DNA of 64,000 nucleotides, from contig CAVOYV010000001.1 of NCBI GenBank assembly GCA_963700855.1, positions 379,932 to 443,931 on the forward strand, read 5' to 3'. The position numbers were made by a program, and so were the translations under genes. Below the pieces are notes generated by a model. The model did no database searches and had not been told where the DNA came from. It worked only from the letters and a program-made list of their open reading frames with translations. The DNA comes from an uncultured Actinomycetes bacterium. GTDB lineage: Bacteria > Actinomycetota > UBA4738 > HRBIN12. This document shows, one piece after another, positions 29,762 to 39,710 of this stretch (positions within the stretch are counted from its first letter, which is position 1; each line of letters starts with the position of its first letter).

Positions 29762-30985
29762 ATGAAGATCCTGGTGGTGGGAGCCGGAGGCGTAGGCGCG
29801 TCGTTCGCACCGATCGCGGCACGGCGCGACTTCTACGAGCACATCGTGTTCGCCGACTACGACGAGGCGCGCGCGACGAGCGTGGTGGAGCGGTACGACA
29901 AGGGCGCAGGCCGTTTCAGCGCGGCGCAGGTCGACGCCTCCGACGCGTCGGCCGTCGCCGAACTCTGCCGTTCGCTCGGCATCACCCACGTGCTCAACGC
30001 GGTCGACCCGCGGTTCGTGATGCCGATCTTCGACGGCGCGTTCGAGGCCGGGGTCACCTACCTCGACATGGCGATGTCATTGTCGAAGCCCCACCCGGAG
30101 AGGCCACACGAGCTCTCGCACCTGAAGCTCGGCGACGAGCAGTTCGAGAAGGCGGGTGCCTGGGAGGAGCGCGGCCAGCTCGCGCTCGTCGGGATCGGCG
30201 TCGAGCCGGGCGCGTCGGACGTGTTCGCGCGCTACGCGCAGGACGAGCTGTTCTCCGAGATCGACGAGGCGGGCGTCCGCGACGGCGCCAACCTGGTGGT
30301 GCAGGGGTACGAGTTCGCGCCGGGGTTCTCGATCTGGACGACGATCGAGGAATGCCTGAACCCGCCCGTGATCTGGGAGAAGGACCGTGGCTGGTTCACG
30401 ACCCCGCCGTTCAGCGAGCCCGAGACGTTCGTGTTCCCGGAGGGGATCGGCCCGGTCGAGTGCGTGAACGTCGAGCACGAGGAGGTCCTGCTGATCCCGC
30501 GGTGGCTCGACGTGAAGCGCGCGACCTTCAAGTACGGCCTGGGCGACGAGGTCATCGAGGTCCTCAAGACGCTGCACAAGCTCGGGCTCGACAAGACCGA
30601 CCCGGTGAGCGTCCGCGGCCAGCAGGTGAGTCCCCGTGACGTCGTGGCCGCGTGCCTGCCGGACCCGGCGACCCTCGGCCCGATCATGACCGGCAAGACG
30701 TGCGCGGGAACCTGGGTGACCGGCACGGGGAAGGATGGCAACCCGCGCGAGGTCTACCTGTACCACGTGGTCGACAACGAGGAGACCTGGGGCCGCGACC
30801 AGGCGCAGGCGGTCGTGTGGCAGACGGCGATCAACCCGGTGATCGCGCTCGAGTTGCTCGCGAACGGGACCTGGAGCGGTCAGGGGGTCCTCGGACCCGA
30901 GGCGTTCGACCCGGTGCCGTTCCTCGACATGCTGAACGAGTACGGCTCGCCCTGGGGGATGGAGGAGCGCACCCCGAGCGCGTGA
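29762..30985 (+). CDS. saccharopine dehydrogenase NADP-binding-domain family oxidoreductase
   Basis: AGGAAGGA RBS. Rossmann motif MKILVVGAGGVG followed by saccharopine-DH-like central and C-terminal domains. Confidence 0.8.
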   Translation: MKILVVGAGGVGASFAPIAARRDFYEHIVFADYDEARATSVVERYDKGAGRFSAAQVDASDASAVAELCRSLGITHVLNAVDPRFVMPIFDGAFEAGVTYLDMAMSLSKPHPERPHELSHLKLGDEQFEKAGAWEERGQLALVGIGVEPGASDVFARYAQDELFSEIDEAGVRDGANLVVQGYEFAPGFSIWTTIEECLNPPVIWEKDRGWFTTPPFSEPETFVFPEGIGPVECVNVEHEEVLLIPRWLDVKRATFKYGLGDEVIEVLKTLHKLGLDKTDPVSVRGQQVSPRDVVAACLPDPATLGPIMTGKTCAGTWVTGTGKDGNPREVYLYHVVDNEETWGRDQAQAVVWQTAINPVIALELLANGTWSGQGVLGPEAFDPVPFLDMLNEYGSPWGMEERTPSA

Positions 30986-31095
30986 TCCGCGGCTCAGGTT
31001 CGTCCCGGGGCCGGCGGAAGGTTCGTCGAGACGGAGGCCGAGGCAGCCTTCCTCCGACAGGCACCTCGTGTTCGTGGCCCCGTAAGCTGGGCCGC

Positions 31096-32352
31096 GTGCC
31101 CCGCTCGATCGCCCTCGCCCTCGTCCTCGCCGTCGGCGTCCTCGTCGCATCCGGCGTCGCCGCGCCGGCGCAGGAGACGCCCGAGGTCCGCGATCTCGGG
31201 CCGCTCGTTGGGTTCCGCCGACACGAGTCCAGCTACGCGCTGGCCGTCGACGATGTGAACGGAGATGGCTGGGAGGACGTCCTGATCGTCCATCACGGAT
31301 CGCGCCCCTCGGAGCTGTTCCTGAACCAGCCCGAGGGCGACACCACGCGTGGGTACGAGGTGGCGCTCCACCTCGTGGATACGATCCACGCTCGGCCCGA
31401 CCGACACGGGTGCATCTTCGGCGACCCGAACGGTGACGCCCTGACCGACATCTTCTGTGTGAAGGGGGCGAACCAGGGGACCAGCGACAAGTGGAACGAG
31501 CTGTGGATCCAGGGCCCGGAGGGGACCTGGATCGACGAGGCTGCGGCCTGGGGGGTCGAGGACCTCTGGGGCCGAGGCCGGCATCCCGCGTGGATCGACC
31601 TGAACGGCGACGACCAGCTCGATCTCTTCGTGGGGAACGACTTCCCACGTCAGGACGACCGGGGCACGCCCAACCGTACCTTCGTGAACGAGGGAGGGGA
31701 GCGGTTCGCCGAGGTCGACCTGGGGGTCACTCGGGAGGATGGCGCCGACTGCGTGCAGGTGGTGGACATCGACGGCGACGGGGTGGACGACCTGCTGCTC
31801 TGCGGCAAGGAAGAGCTCTTCATCTACCTCCAGCGCGACGGTGGCTTCGTGCGGGCGAACGAGGCCTTCGGGCTCCCGCCCGAGGCCCGGGCGAACGGTG
31901 CCCACATCGAAGACCTGTCGGGCGACGGTGTCGCGGATATCGTCATCGTGCACCCCACCGAGGTCGTGATCCGTCTCGGCGGCCCCGACGGTCGTTTCGG
32001 TGATCCCGTGTGGCGACAGGAGATCGGGCTCGGGCACGGGCTTGCGGTGGGAGACGTGGACGGGCGCAACGGCCCGGACGTCTACGCCGTCATGGGGTGC
32101 GTGGACCGGGTGAACGTGCCGGACCTGTTGCTCCTCAACGACGGCGACGGTCGCACGTGGGCGCAGGCTGAGCTCCCGCCGCTGCCCGAGGGCGAGTACG
32201 CGGGATGCGGCGATACCGCCGAGATGACCGACTTCGACCGCGACGGGCTCCAGGACGTGGTCGTCTTGAACGGGGGCGGGAGCGCCCAGCCGCTCGATCT
32301 CGACGGCCCCGACCAGCTCCTCACGATGGGGGACTGGCAGCTGCCCGGCTGA
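31096..32352 (+). CDS. secreted FG-GAP/VCBS-repeat (integrin-alpha-like beta-propeller) protein
   Basis: GTG start, signal peptide. Repeated Dx[DN]GDGxxD calcium-binding-like motifs (DDVNGDGWEDV, DLNGDDQLDLFVGND, DIDGDGVDDLLL, DLSGDGVADIV, FDRDGLQDVVV). Confidence 0.7.
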   Translation: MPRSIALALVLAVGVLVASGVAAPAQETPEVRDLGPLVGFRRHESSYALAVDDVNGDGWEDVLIVHHGSRPSELFLNQPEGDTTRGYEVALHLVDTIHARPDRHGCIFGDPNGDALTDIFCVKGANQGTSDKWNELWIQGPEGTWIDEAAAWGVEDLWGRGRHPAWIDLNGDDQLDLFVGNDFPRQDDRGTPNRTFVNEGGERFAEVDLGVTREDGADCVQVVDIDGDGVDDLLLCGKEELFIYLQRDGGFVRANEAFGLPPEARANGAHIEDLSGDGVADIVIVHPTEVVIRLGGPDGRFGDPVWRQEIGLGHGLAVGDVDGRNGPDVYAVMGCVDRVNVPDLLLLNDGDGRTWAQAELPPLPEGEYAGCGDTAEMTDFDRDGLQDVVVLNGGGSAQPLDLDGPDQLLTMGDWQLPG

Positions 32353-32358
32353 GACCGC

Positions 32359-33849
32359 TCAGAACGATCCCTGGGGCTCCGGGTCGTCCCACGGCCACGG
32401 CTCCAGGATGAGCGGTTCCCGGGGCTCCTGGTCGAAGTCGAACGCCTCGGTGATGTCGCCGTAGATCGGGTTCTCCTCGCGGACCACCGGGCGAGGGTCG
32501 GGACGGCTCAGGGTCTCGGGGTCGAGCCGCTCGCCACCGAGGAACCGGTCCTCGATCAGCTTGAGGTAGCTGTCGAAGGAGTACGTGTTGTGGTCGATGT
32601 ACCCCTCCTTCGCGTAGGGGCTGATCACGAGCGCGGGCACGCGAAGCCCCAGACCCATCTTGTCGATCCGCGGAGGTTCGACGTGGTCGTAGAAGCCGCC
32701 CCAGTCGTCCCAGGTGAGGAAGATGGCGGTGCGTTCCCACGCTGGGCCTTCCATGATCGCGTTGATCAGGCGCGTCACGTAGGCCTGGCCGGTCTTCACG
32801 GTGCTCGTGCCGGAGGGGTGCTCGCTCGTGTTGCCGACGGGGGCCACCCACCCGACCTGCGGGAGGTCGCCGCTGGCCGCGGCCTCGAGGAACTCCTCGT
32901 GAGGGCGGACGTTGTCCTTCACACCGTTGCGTCGCTCCTCGTTCCAGAAGCTCGTGAACCCGGGGAGGGGGTTGCGGTTGTAGCTGGTCTCGAAGCCCTT
33001 GCGGCCGGTCGGCTCGCACGAGCCCGGATCCTCCCAGCAGGTGTCGTTGCCGATGTAGTAGCGCCACTCGACGCCCTGCTCGTCCATGATCCACGTGAGA
33101 TCGGTCCACGCGTAGATCGGGTCCTCGCCGTAATCCCAGCGTCGCTCCGGCTCGGTGAGGTCGACGTCGGTCCGGCAGCTCATCGGGTCGGTCGTGTCGG
33201 GGCAGTAGGCGGACCAGCCGCTCACCAGGAACAGGTGCGACGGCAGGGTCCACGAGTCGACCGGCGCGAACATCCCGTCCTGCAGGACGTACTCGTCGGC
33301 GTAGGCCCAGTAGTTCGGGATCGTGGTGCGCTCGTGGACGCTCATCACGTCGGGCTGTCCCTCGGGTCCGAGGTAGTCGACGCACTTGTCCTGGTCCGGA
33401 TCCATCCAGCAGAACTCGGGCCGCGGGTCGAGCGCGTTGACGAACCCATCCATCTTGCCGCCGTTGATGTTCGCGACCGACGCGGGTCGGTTGTGGGGCC
33501 CCCCGTTCTGGTCGAACGACGCCGTGACGTAGGGGGGGACGCAGTCCTTGCCCTGCCACTTGTCGGGAACGCACACGTCGAACGAGCCGTCGGGCTTGGT
33601 CGGGATCCCGTTCGCCCGCGGATAGGTGCCGAAGTAGTGATCGAAGGACCGGTTCTCCTGCACGATGAAGATCAGGTGGTCGATCTTCTCGATCCCTTGG
33701 GGCTCCGGGCTCGGCGGTGGCTCGGAGGTGGCGGAGGACGACGTCGCGGGCTCCGCGGTCGCGACGGGGTCGTCGCCGGTGCACGCGGTGGCGACGGGTC
33801 CCAGGGCGAGCACGATGAGGACGATCCGACGGACGAGGGTGTGTCGCAT
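32359..33849 (-). CDS. phosphoesterase family protein (phospholipase C / acid phosphatase AcpA-like), lipoprotein
   Basis: Signal peptide with lipobox (ATAC). The motifs [18 protein letters not shown] and GTSEHP are characteristic of the PLC/AcpA phosphoesterase family. Confidence 0.8.
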   Translation of the reverse strand: MRHTLVRRIVLIVLALGPVATACTGDDPVATAEPATSSSATSEPPPSPEPQGIEKIDHLIFIVQENRSFDHYFGTYPRANGIPTKPDGSFDVCVPDKWQGKDCVPPYVTASFDQNGGPHNRPASVANINGGKMDGFVNALDPRPEFCWMDPDQDKCVDYLGPEGQPDVMSVHERTTIPNYWAYADEYVLQDGMFAPVDSWTLPSHLFLVSGWSAYCPDTTDPMSCRTDVDLTEPERRWDYGEDPIYAWTDLTWIMDEQGVEWRYYIGNDTCWEDPGSCEPTGRKGFETSYNRNPLPGFTSFWNEERRNGVKDNVRPHEEFLEAAASGDLPQVGWVAPVGNTSEHPSGTSTVKTGQAYVTRLINAIMEGPAWERTAIFLTWDDWGGFYDHVEPPRIDKMGLGLRVPALVISPYAKEGYIDHNTYSFDSYLKLIEDRFLGGERLDPETLSRPDPRPVVREENPIYGDITEAFDFDQEPREPLILEPWPWDDPEPQGSF

Positions 33850-33946
33850 GGCCCGCAAGGGTAGCGGGTGGTCGCCACCGATCCTCGACCGCCCGGGGTC
33901 GGTTGCCACAGGAAGGCGACATGGGGTTCGGTACCATGCCCGCCTC

Positions 33947-36400
33947 ATGGCACGCCGGTACGACCCGTCGGAGATCGAGCCGAAGTGGATGGCGGCCTGG
34001 GAGCGGGAGGACCTCTACCGCGCCTCCGACGACCCGGCCGACGACCGTCCGCGCTTCTACGCGCTCGACATGTTCCCCTACCCTTCCGGCGATCTCCATA
34101 TGGGCCACGCCGAGGCGTTCAGCGGCGGCGACGTCGTCGCGCGCTACCAGGCGATGCGTGGCCACGCCGTCTTGCACCCGATCGGGTGGGACGCGTTCGG
34201 GCTGCCGGCCGAGAACGCCGCGATCAAGCGGGGGGCCGAGCCCGCCGGTTGGACCTACGCCAACATCGAGCAGCAGGCCGCGTCGTTCGAGCGGATGGGG
34301 ATGTCGTTCGACTGGTCCCGCCGCCTGCACACCTGCGATCCCGAGTACTACCGGTGGACCCAATGGCTGTTCACGCGGTTCTTCGAACGCGGGCTGGCCT
34401 ACCGGAAGGAGTCGCCGGTCAACTGGTGCCCGACCGACGCGACCGTCCTGGCGAACGAGCAGGTGATCCAGGGTGCCTGCGAGCGGTGCGGGACCCCGGT
34501 CGAGCGTCGCGAGCTGACCCAGTGGTTCTTCAAGATCACCGACTACGCGCAGCGCCTGCTGGACGACGAGGCCCTCCTGGTCGACTGGCCCGAGCGGGTG
34601 CTCACGATGCAGCGCAACTGGATCGGCCGGTCCGAGGGCGCCGAGGTCACGTTCACGATCGAGGAGACCGGCGAGGACATCACGGTCTTCACGACCCGAC
34701 CGGACACGCTGTGGGGGGCGACCTTCTTCGTCTTCGCCGTGGAGCACCCTTCGGTCCGAGGGCTGGCCGAGATCGGAGGGACCTGGGAGCAGGTCGAGCC
34801 GCTCGTGCGCGCGGCAGAGCAGACGTCGCTCGTCGATCGTGAGGCCGCCGATACGAAGGAAGGCGTGTTCCTCGGGGTGCACGCGGTGAACCCCGTGAAC
34901 GGTGAGCGGATCGCCTGCTACGCGGCGCCGTACGTGCTGATGGGCTACGGGACGGGCGCGATCATGGCCGTGCCGGCGCACGACCAGCGCGACTTCGACT
35001 TCGCGCGCCAGCACGGGGTGCCCGTGCGGGTCGTGGTCCAGCCCGAGGACGAGGAACCGCTCGACGGCGACACGATGACCGAGGCGCACCCGGGTGAGGG
35101 CGTGCTCGTGAACTCGGGTCCGTTCGACGGGCGTCCCACGCCCGACTCGATCCGCGAGGTGACCGACTGGCTCGAGTCCGAGGGCCGTGGGCGGTTCGCG
35201 ATCAACTTCCGGTTGCGCGACTGGCTGATCAGTCGGCAGCGCTACTGGGGGGCGCCGATCCCGGTCGTGCACTGCCCGGCCTGCGGCGAGGTCGCCGTCC
35301 CCGACGACCAGCTGCCGGTCGAGCTGCCCGCCGACGTCGACTTCACGCCCGGTGGCGAGTCGCCGCTCGCGCGCCACCCGTCGTGGAAGCACGTCGCCTG
35401 TCCCTCGTGCGGCGGCGAGGCCGTGCGCGACACGGACACGATGGACACGTTCGTCGATTCCTCCTGGTACTACTTCCGCTACTGCTCGCCTGGCTACGAG
35501 GACGGGCCGTTCCGCCCCGAGGACGTCACGCGGTGGATGCCGGTGGGGCAATACACGGGCGGCGTCGAGCATGCGATCTTGCACCTGCTCTACTCGCGGT
35601 TCTTCACGAAGGTCCTGCACGACATGGGGATGGTCGGGTTCACCGAGCCGTTCCCGCGCCTGATGAACCAGGGCCAGGTGATCTACGACGGCGCCTCGAT
35701 GTCGAAGTCGAAGGGCAACATCGTCGAGCCGATGCCGCTCGTGGAGCGGTGGGGCGCCGACACGATGCGCCTGATGATGCTGTTCGCCGGCCCGTTCGAG
35801 GACGACATCGACTGGAAGCTGATCGCCCCCGACCCCGACCGCAAGCCCGGCGTGACCGCCTGGCTCGGCCGGGTGTTCGCGGTGGTGGGTGACGCGGTGG
35901 CGAGCGACGGCGCCGACCCCCATGCCCTCGTCCGCGTGACGCACAAGACCGTCAAGGGCGTCACCGAGGACCTGGACCGGTTCCGCTTCAATACCGCGAT
36001 CTCGAAGCTGATGGTCCTGACGAACGAGATCCGCTCGGCGCTGGATGCGGGTGCCGGCGCGCGGGACGCGGCACGTGCCCTGGTGCAGATGCTGGCGCCG
36101 TTCGCACCCTTCGCCGCCGAGGAGCTTTGGCGGGTCGACCTGGGCGAGGCGTCGTCGGTCCATCTCACCTCGTGGCCGAGCTACGATCCAGCGCTCGTCG
36201 TCGAGGACACGGTCACGCTGGTCGTCCAGGTGAACGGGAAGGTCCGCGACAAACTCGAGGTCTCTGCGGACATCTCCGAGGCCGGTGCGCTCGCGGTGGC
36301 GCACGCGAGCGCCGGGGCGCAGCGCGCCCTGGCGGGCCGCGAGGTCGTCAAGGAGGTCGTCCGCGCCCCGAAGTTGGTCAACTTCGTCGTGAAGGGCTAG
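33947..36400 (+). CDS. leuS: leucyl-tRNA synthetase (intact)
   Basis: HMGH ([12 protein letters not shown]) and KMSKS (SMSKSKGN) motifs with the CP1 editing domain. The upstream part of ORF 33665 is non-coding. Confidence 0.9.
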   Translation: MARRYDPSEIEPKWMAAWEREDLYRASDDPADDRPRFYALDMFPYPSGDLHMGHAEAFSGGDVVARYQAMRGHAVLHPIGWDAFGLPAENAAIKRGAEPAGWTYANIEQQAASFERMGMSFDWSRRLHTCDPEYYRWTQWLFTRFFERGLAYRKESPVNWCPTDATVLANEQVIQGACERCGTPVERRELTQWFFKITDYAQRLLDDEALLVDWPERVLTMQRNWIGRSEGAEVTFTIEETGEDITVFTTRPDTLWGATFFVFAVEHPSVRGLAEIGGTWEQVEPLVRAAEQTSLVDREAADTKEGVFLGVHAVNPVNGERIACYAAPYVLMGYGTGAIMAVPAHDQRDFDFARQHGVPVRVVVQPEDEEPLDGDTMTEAHPGEGVLVNSGPFDGRPTPDSIREVTDWLESEGRGRFAINFRLRDWLISRQRYWGAPIPVVHCPACGEVAVPDDQLPVELPADVDFTPGGESPLARHPSWKHVACPSCGGEAVRDTDTMDTFVDSSWYYFRYCSPGYEDGPFRPEDVTRWMPVGQYTGGVEHAILHLLYSRFFTKVLHDMGMVGFTEPFPRLMNQGQVIYDGASMSKSKGNIVEPMPLVERWGADTMRLMMLFAGPFEDDIDWKLIAPDPDRKPGVTAWLGRVFAVVGDAVASDGADPHALVRVTHKTVKGVTEDLDRFRFNTAISKLMVLTNEIRSALDAGAGARDAARALVQMLAPFAPFAAEELWRVDLGEASSVHLTSWPSYDPALVVEDTVTLVVQVNGKVRDKLEVSADISEAGALAVAHASAGAQRALAGREVVKEVVRAPKLVNFVVKG

Positions 36401-37462
36401 CCGCGGACGTCGACCTGGGTCCGTTCGACGGCATTGTTCGCGTAGCCACCGACGTTCCACTCCGGTTCGTCGGGTTGCGTCCGGCCGTCGGCATCGGTGG
36501 CGCGGCAGGCCACGACGTGGGCGCCCGCGGTCGCGAACCACTCGAACGACCAGGAGCGCCAGGCGGACGGCGCGGGCTCCGGACCGAGTTCGGCATCGCT
36601 CCACGACGCGCCGTCGTCCGTGCTGACCTCGACCCGCACGATCGGCGCGGTTCCGGACCATGCGCGCCCGGTGAGCTGGACGGGGCCCGCGTCGACGTGG
36701 CGGTCCCGGGGCTGGAACGACGGCCGACCAGGCGGGACCATCAAAGATCGCACCCGGATCCGGTCGAGCGGTGTCCCGGGATCTTGGGCGTCGGCGCGCA
36801 TCCGGTACGCGACCGTGTTCTGGTAGCCGGTGAACGGCTCGTCGAGCACGCGGATGCGGCCCAGCCACTTGACGGACGCCATCCCGTACCAGCCGGGGAC
36901 GAGGAGCCGCACGGGTGCACCGTCGCTGGGGGAGCAGCGGACGGCCGTTCATCTCGTAGGCGAGCAGTACGTCGCCGTGCATCGCGTCGGCCACGGACAG
37001 CCCTCGCTCGTAGTCGCGCTCGAGCCCGCCCTCGAACCCATGGTCGAGCCCGGTGAACGCGACGTCGACGGCCCCGTCGCGGATCCCGGCCCGTTCGAGC
37101 AGCGGCAGGAGCGGCGTGCCCGTCCACTCGGCGTTCCCGACGGCGCCGCGGAGCCACGGCTGACTGATCGCTCGCGGCTCCAGGAGCGCCCGCCCGTTCC
37201 CCGCGCACTCCATCGTGACCTCGGCGGTGACCCTCGGCAGCCCGCGAAGCTCGTGCAACGAGAGCGTCAGGGGCCGCTCGACGTGGCCGTCGACCGTGAG
37301 CCGGTACGCCGCCGGGTCGACGTCGGGGATGTCGTAGTGGATCAGCAGGTAGTGGAGGCCCGCGGGCGTGACGTCGTACCGGAGCGCCTCCTGGGGCATC
37401 GCGTGATTGCGCGCCGCCAGCTCAAGTTCCTCGAGGCCGAACCCCGTGTCGTGCGTCTGCAT
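36397..37462 (-). CDS. sulfite-oxidase-family molybdopterin oxidoreductase, cytoplasmic (one apparent frameshift at a C5/G5 run ~36928-36940)
   Basis: The N-terminal Moco domain (…[10 protein letters not shown]…, from the giant ORF's 5' end, ATG 37462) continues into the dimerisation domain ([15 protein letters not shown]…) in the frame of ORF 36397..36912. Confidence 0.75.
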
Positions 37463-37560
37463 AGGCCCCCCTTCGCCCGTGCGCCCGCGGGCCGAACATC
37501 CTGCCTACACCCGGCCGACCTGCACGGTCAAGGGTGCCCCTCGGGGCTACGATCGCCCGC

Positions 37561-38925
37561 ATGGACGATTGGTTCGAGCCGTACAAGATCAAGGCCGTCG
37601 AACGGATCCCCGTCACCACGCGTGAGGAGCGCCTGGTCGCCCTCGACGCCGCCGGGTGGAACACGTTCCTGCTCCGCTCCGAGGACGTGACGTTCGACCT
37701 CCTGACCGATTCCGGCACGAACGCGATGAGCGACCGGCAGTGGGCGGCGCTGATGATCGGCGACGAGGCCTACGCAGGCAGCCGCAACTTCTACCGGCTC
37801 GAGGAGACGATCCGCCGGATCTACGGCTACCGGCACATGGTTCCCACGCACCAAGGGCGTGGTGCCGAGCACATCGTGAGTGAGCTGCTGATCGCCGAGG
37901 GCGACGTCGTGCCGGGCAACATGTACTTCACGACGACGCGGCTGCACCAGGAGCTCGCGGGCGGAACCTTCGTCGACGTGATCGTCGACGAGGCCCACGA
38001 CCCGACCGACCGCTCGCCGTTCAAGGGCAACGTCGACCTCGAGAAGCTCGCGAAGATCCTGGCGACCGAGCACGTCCCGTACGTGTCCGTGGCGGCGACC
38101 GTGAACATGGCCGGCGGCCAGCCGATCTCGCTCGAGAACCTCCGGCAGGTGCGCGACCTGGCCGACCGCTACGGGGCGAAGGTGATCCTGGACGCGACGC
38201 GCGCCGTCGAGAACGCGTACTTCGTGAGGGAGCGCGAGCCCGGTCAGGCCGACCGCTCGATCGAGGACATCCTGCTCGAGACGTGCTCGTACTCCGATGG
38301 CTGCACGATGTCGGGTAAGAAGGACTCGCTCGTGAACATCGGCGGCTGGCTCTGCCTGAACGACGACGACCTCGCCGCGCAGGCGAAGAACCTCTGCGTG
38401 GTCTACGAGGGGCTCCACACGTACGGTGGGCTGGCGGGGCGCGACATGGAGGCGATGGCCGTCGGGATCGAGGAGTCGGTCGACCTCGACCACATCCGGG
38501 CACGGGTGCTCCAGGTCCGCGAGCTGGGGGAGCGGCTGATCGAGCTCGGCGTGCCGATCGTCGAGCCGATCGGGGGGCACGCGGTGTTCGTGGACGCGCG
38601 ACGCGTCTATCCACACCTGTCGCAGGATGCCTTCCCTGCGCAGCGCCTGGCGGCCGAGATCTTCCTGGATTCGGGGACCCGCACGATGGAACGCGGGATC
38701 GTCTCGGCAGGCCGTGACCCGTCGACCGGCGAGCACCGTCGGCCCGCGCTCGAGCTGGTCCGGATCACGATCCCGCGGCGCGTCTACACGTCGCGGCAGC
38801 TCGCGGTGGTTGCGCGCTCGGTCGCCGCCGTGATGGCCCGGGCCGCCGAGACAGGCGGCCTCGAGATGATCTTCGAGCCCGAGTACCTCCGGTTCTTCCA
38901 GGCGCGGTTCCGCCCCCTCATGTGA
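37561..38925 (+). CDS. tnaA: tryptophanase / tyrosine phenol-lyase family beta-eliminating lyase (PLP)
   Basis: Full-length similarity to the TnaA/TPL family (YEPFRIKAV-like N-terminus; PLP-Lys region SGKKDSLVNIGGWL). Confidence 0.8.
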   Translation: MDDWFEPYKIKAVERIPVTTREERLVALDAAGWNTFLLRSEDVTFDLLTDSGTNAMSDRQWAALMIGDEAYAGSRNFYRLEETIRRIYGYRHMVPTHQGRGAEHIVSELLIAEGDVVPGNMYFTTTRLHQELAGGTFVDVIVDEAHDPTDRSPFKGNVDLEKLAKILATEHVPYVSVAATVNMAGGQPISLENLRQVRDLADRYGAKVILDATRAVENAYFVREREPGQADRSIEDILLETCSYSDGCTMSGKKDSLVNIGGWLCLNDDDLAAQAKNLCVVYEGLHTYGGLAGRDMEAMAVGIEESVDLDHIRARVLQVRELGERLIELGVPIVEPIGGHAVFVDARRVYPHLSQDAFPAQRLAAEIFLDSGTRTMERGIVSAGRDPSTGEHRRPALELVRITIPRRVYTSRQLAVVARSVAAVMARAAETGGLEMIFEPEYLRFFQARFRPLM

Positions 38926-38969
38926 CGGCCGTCACGGAACCAGCGGCGCGGCGCCCTAGCGTCGCGCCC

Positions 38970-39629
38970 ATGGGTGGACTGAGGGCGCGACTCGATACGT
39001 TGTCGCGCGGGGAGCTCGCGGGGCTCGTCGTCGTGATCGTCGTCACGCTGGCCGGCGCTGGCCTGTGGTACGTGCGGTCGCTGCCGCGACCGGTGGACAT
39101 CGCCGCGACCACGTCGTCGCCGGCGGCGGCAGGACCCGCGGCGCCCGCGGCATCGGGATCGGCCGCGCCCTCCGCGTCGGGGAGCGTCGGCCCCGCGGCG
39201 GTCGTGATCGTCGACGTCGCAGGATGGGTCCGCAAGCCCGGCGTGTACGAGTTCCCGGCCGGCGCTCGCGTGATCGACGCGGTCGAGGAGGCGGGGGGCC
39301 CACGGGAGGGCGCCGAGCTGACGCTGCTGAACCTGGCGGCGCCGCTGACGGATGGCCAGCAGATCCTGGTGCCGAAGGAGGGGGAGGCGCCGGCCGTGCC
39401 CGTCACCGGCGGGACCGCTGGCACCGGGGCAACGGGCGGCCTGATCAACATCAACACCGCCGACGCGACCGCGTTCGAGGCGCTGAACGGGATCGGCGAG
39501 GTCCTCGCGGCCGCGATCGTCACGTACCGCGACGAGCACGGACCCTTCACGTCGGTCGACCAGCTCGAGGACGTCCCCGGGATCGGTCCGTCCACCCTCG
39601 AGGAGATCCGCTCCCAGGTCACGGTGTGA
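38970..39629 (+). CDS. comEA: competence protein ComEA (SLBB + tandem helix-hairpin-helix)
   Basis: N-terminal transmembrane segment. Motifs VVVDVAGWVRKPGVYEFPAGARVIDAV, NINTAD and LxxLPGIGPxxAxxI. Confidence 0.8.
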   Translation: MGGLRARLDTLSRGELAGLVVVIVVTLAGAGLWYVRSLPRPVDIAATTSSPAAAGPAAPAASGSAAPSASGSVGPAAVVIVDVAGWVRKPGVYEFPAGARVIDAVEEAGGPREGAELTLLNLAAPLTDGQQILVPKEGEAPAVPVTGGTAGTGATGGLININTADATAFEALNGIGEVLAAAIVTYRDEHGPFTSVDQLEDVPGIGPSTLEEIRSQVTV

Positions 39630-39710
39630 CGTGGGTTCGTTGGGGATGCCGGCGGCCGCGGCCGCCTTCTGGGGCGGGCTCCTGCGTGGGAGGCGCGGCC
39701 TGGTCCCATC

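Noticed and set aside
33665-33946. N-terminal extension of leuS (ORF starts 33665)
   Set aside because: The extension overlaps the divergent phosphoesterase gene and has no similarity. Canonical LeuRS begins at ATG 33947 ([19 protein letters not shown]...).
32321-37462. 1713-aa minus-strand ORF spanning the PLC-like gene, leuS and the molybdoenzyme
   Set aside because: Only its first ~170 codons (37462 down to ~36950) are real, being the N-terminus of the sulfite-oxidase-like gene. The rest is antisense to leuS or out of frame with the phosphoesterase gene, and reads as Arg/Pro-rich junk.
37483-37492. 10-bp perfect palindrome gcccgcgggc as a definite operator
   Set aside because: It is mentioned under the tnaA finding as a possible site. 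A 10-bp GC-only palindrome occurs by chance fairly often at this GC content, so it was not called as a feature.
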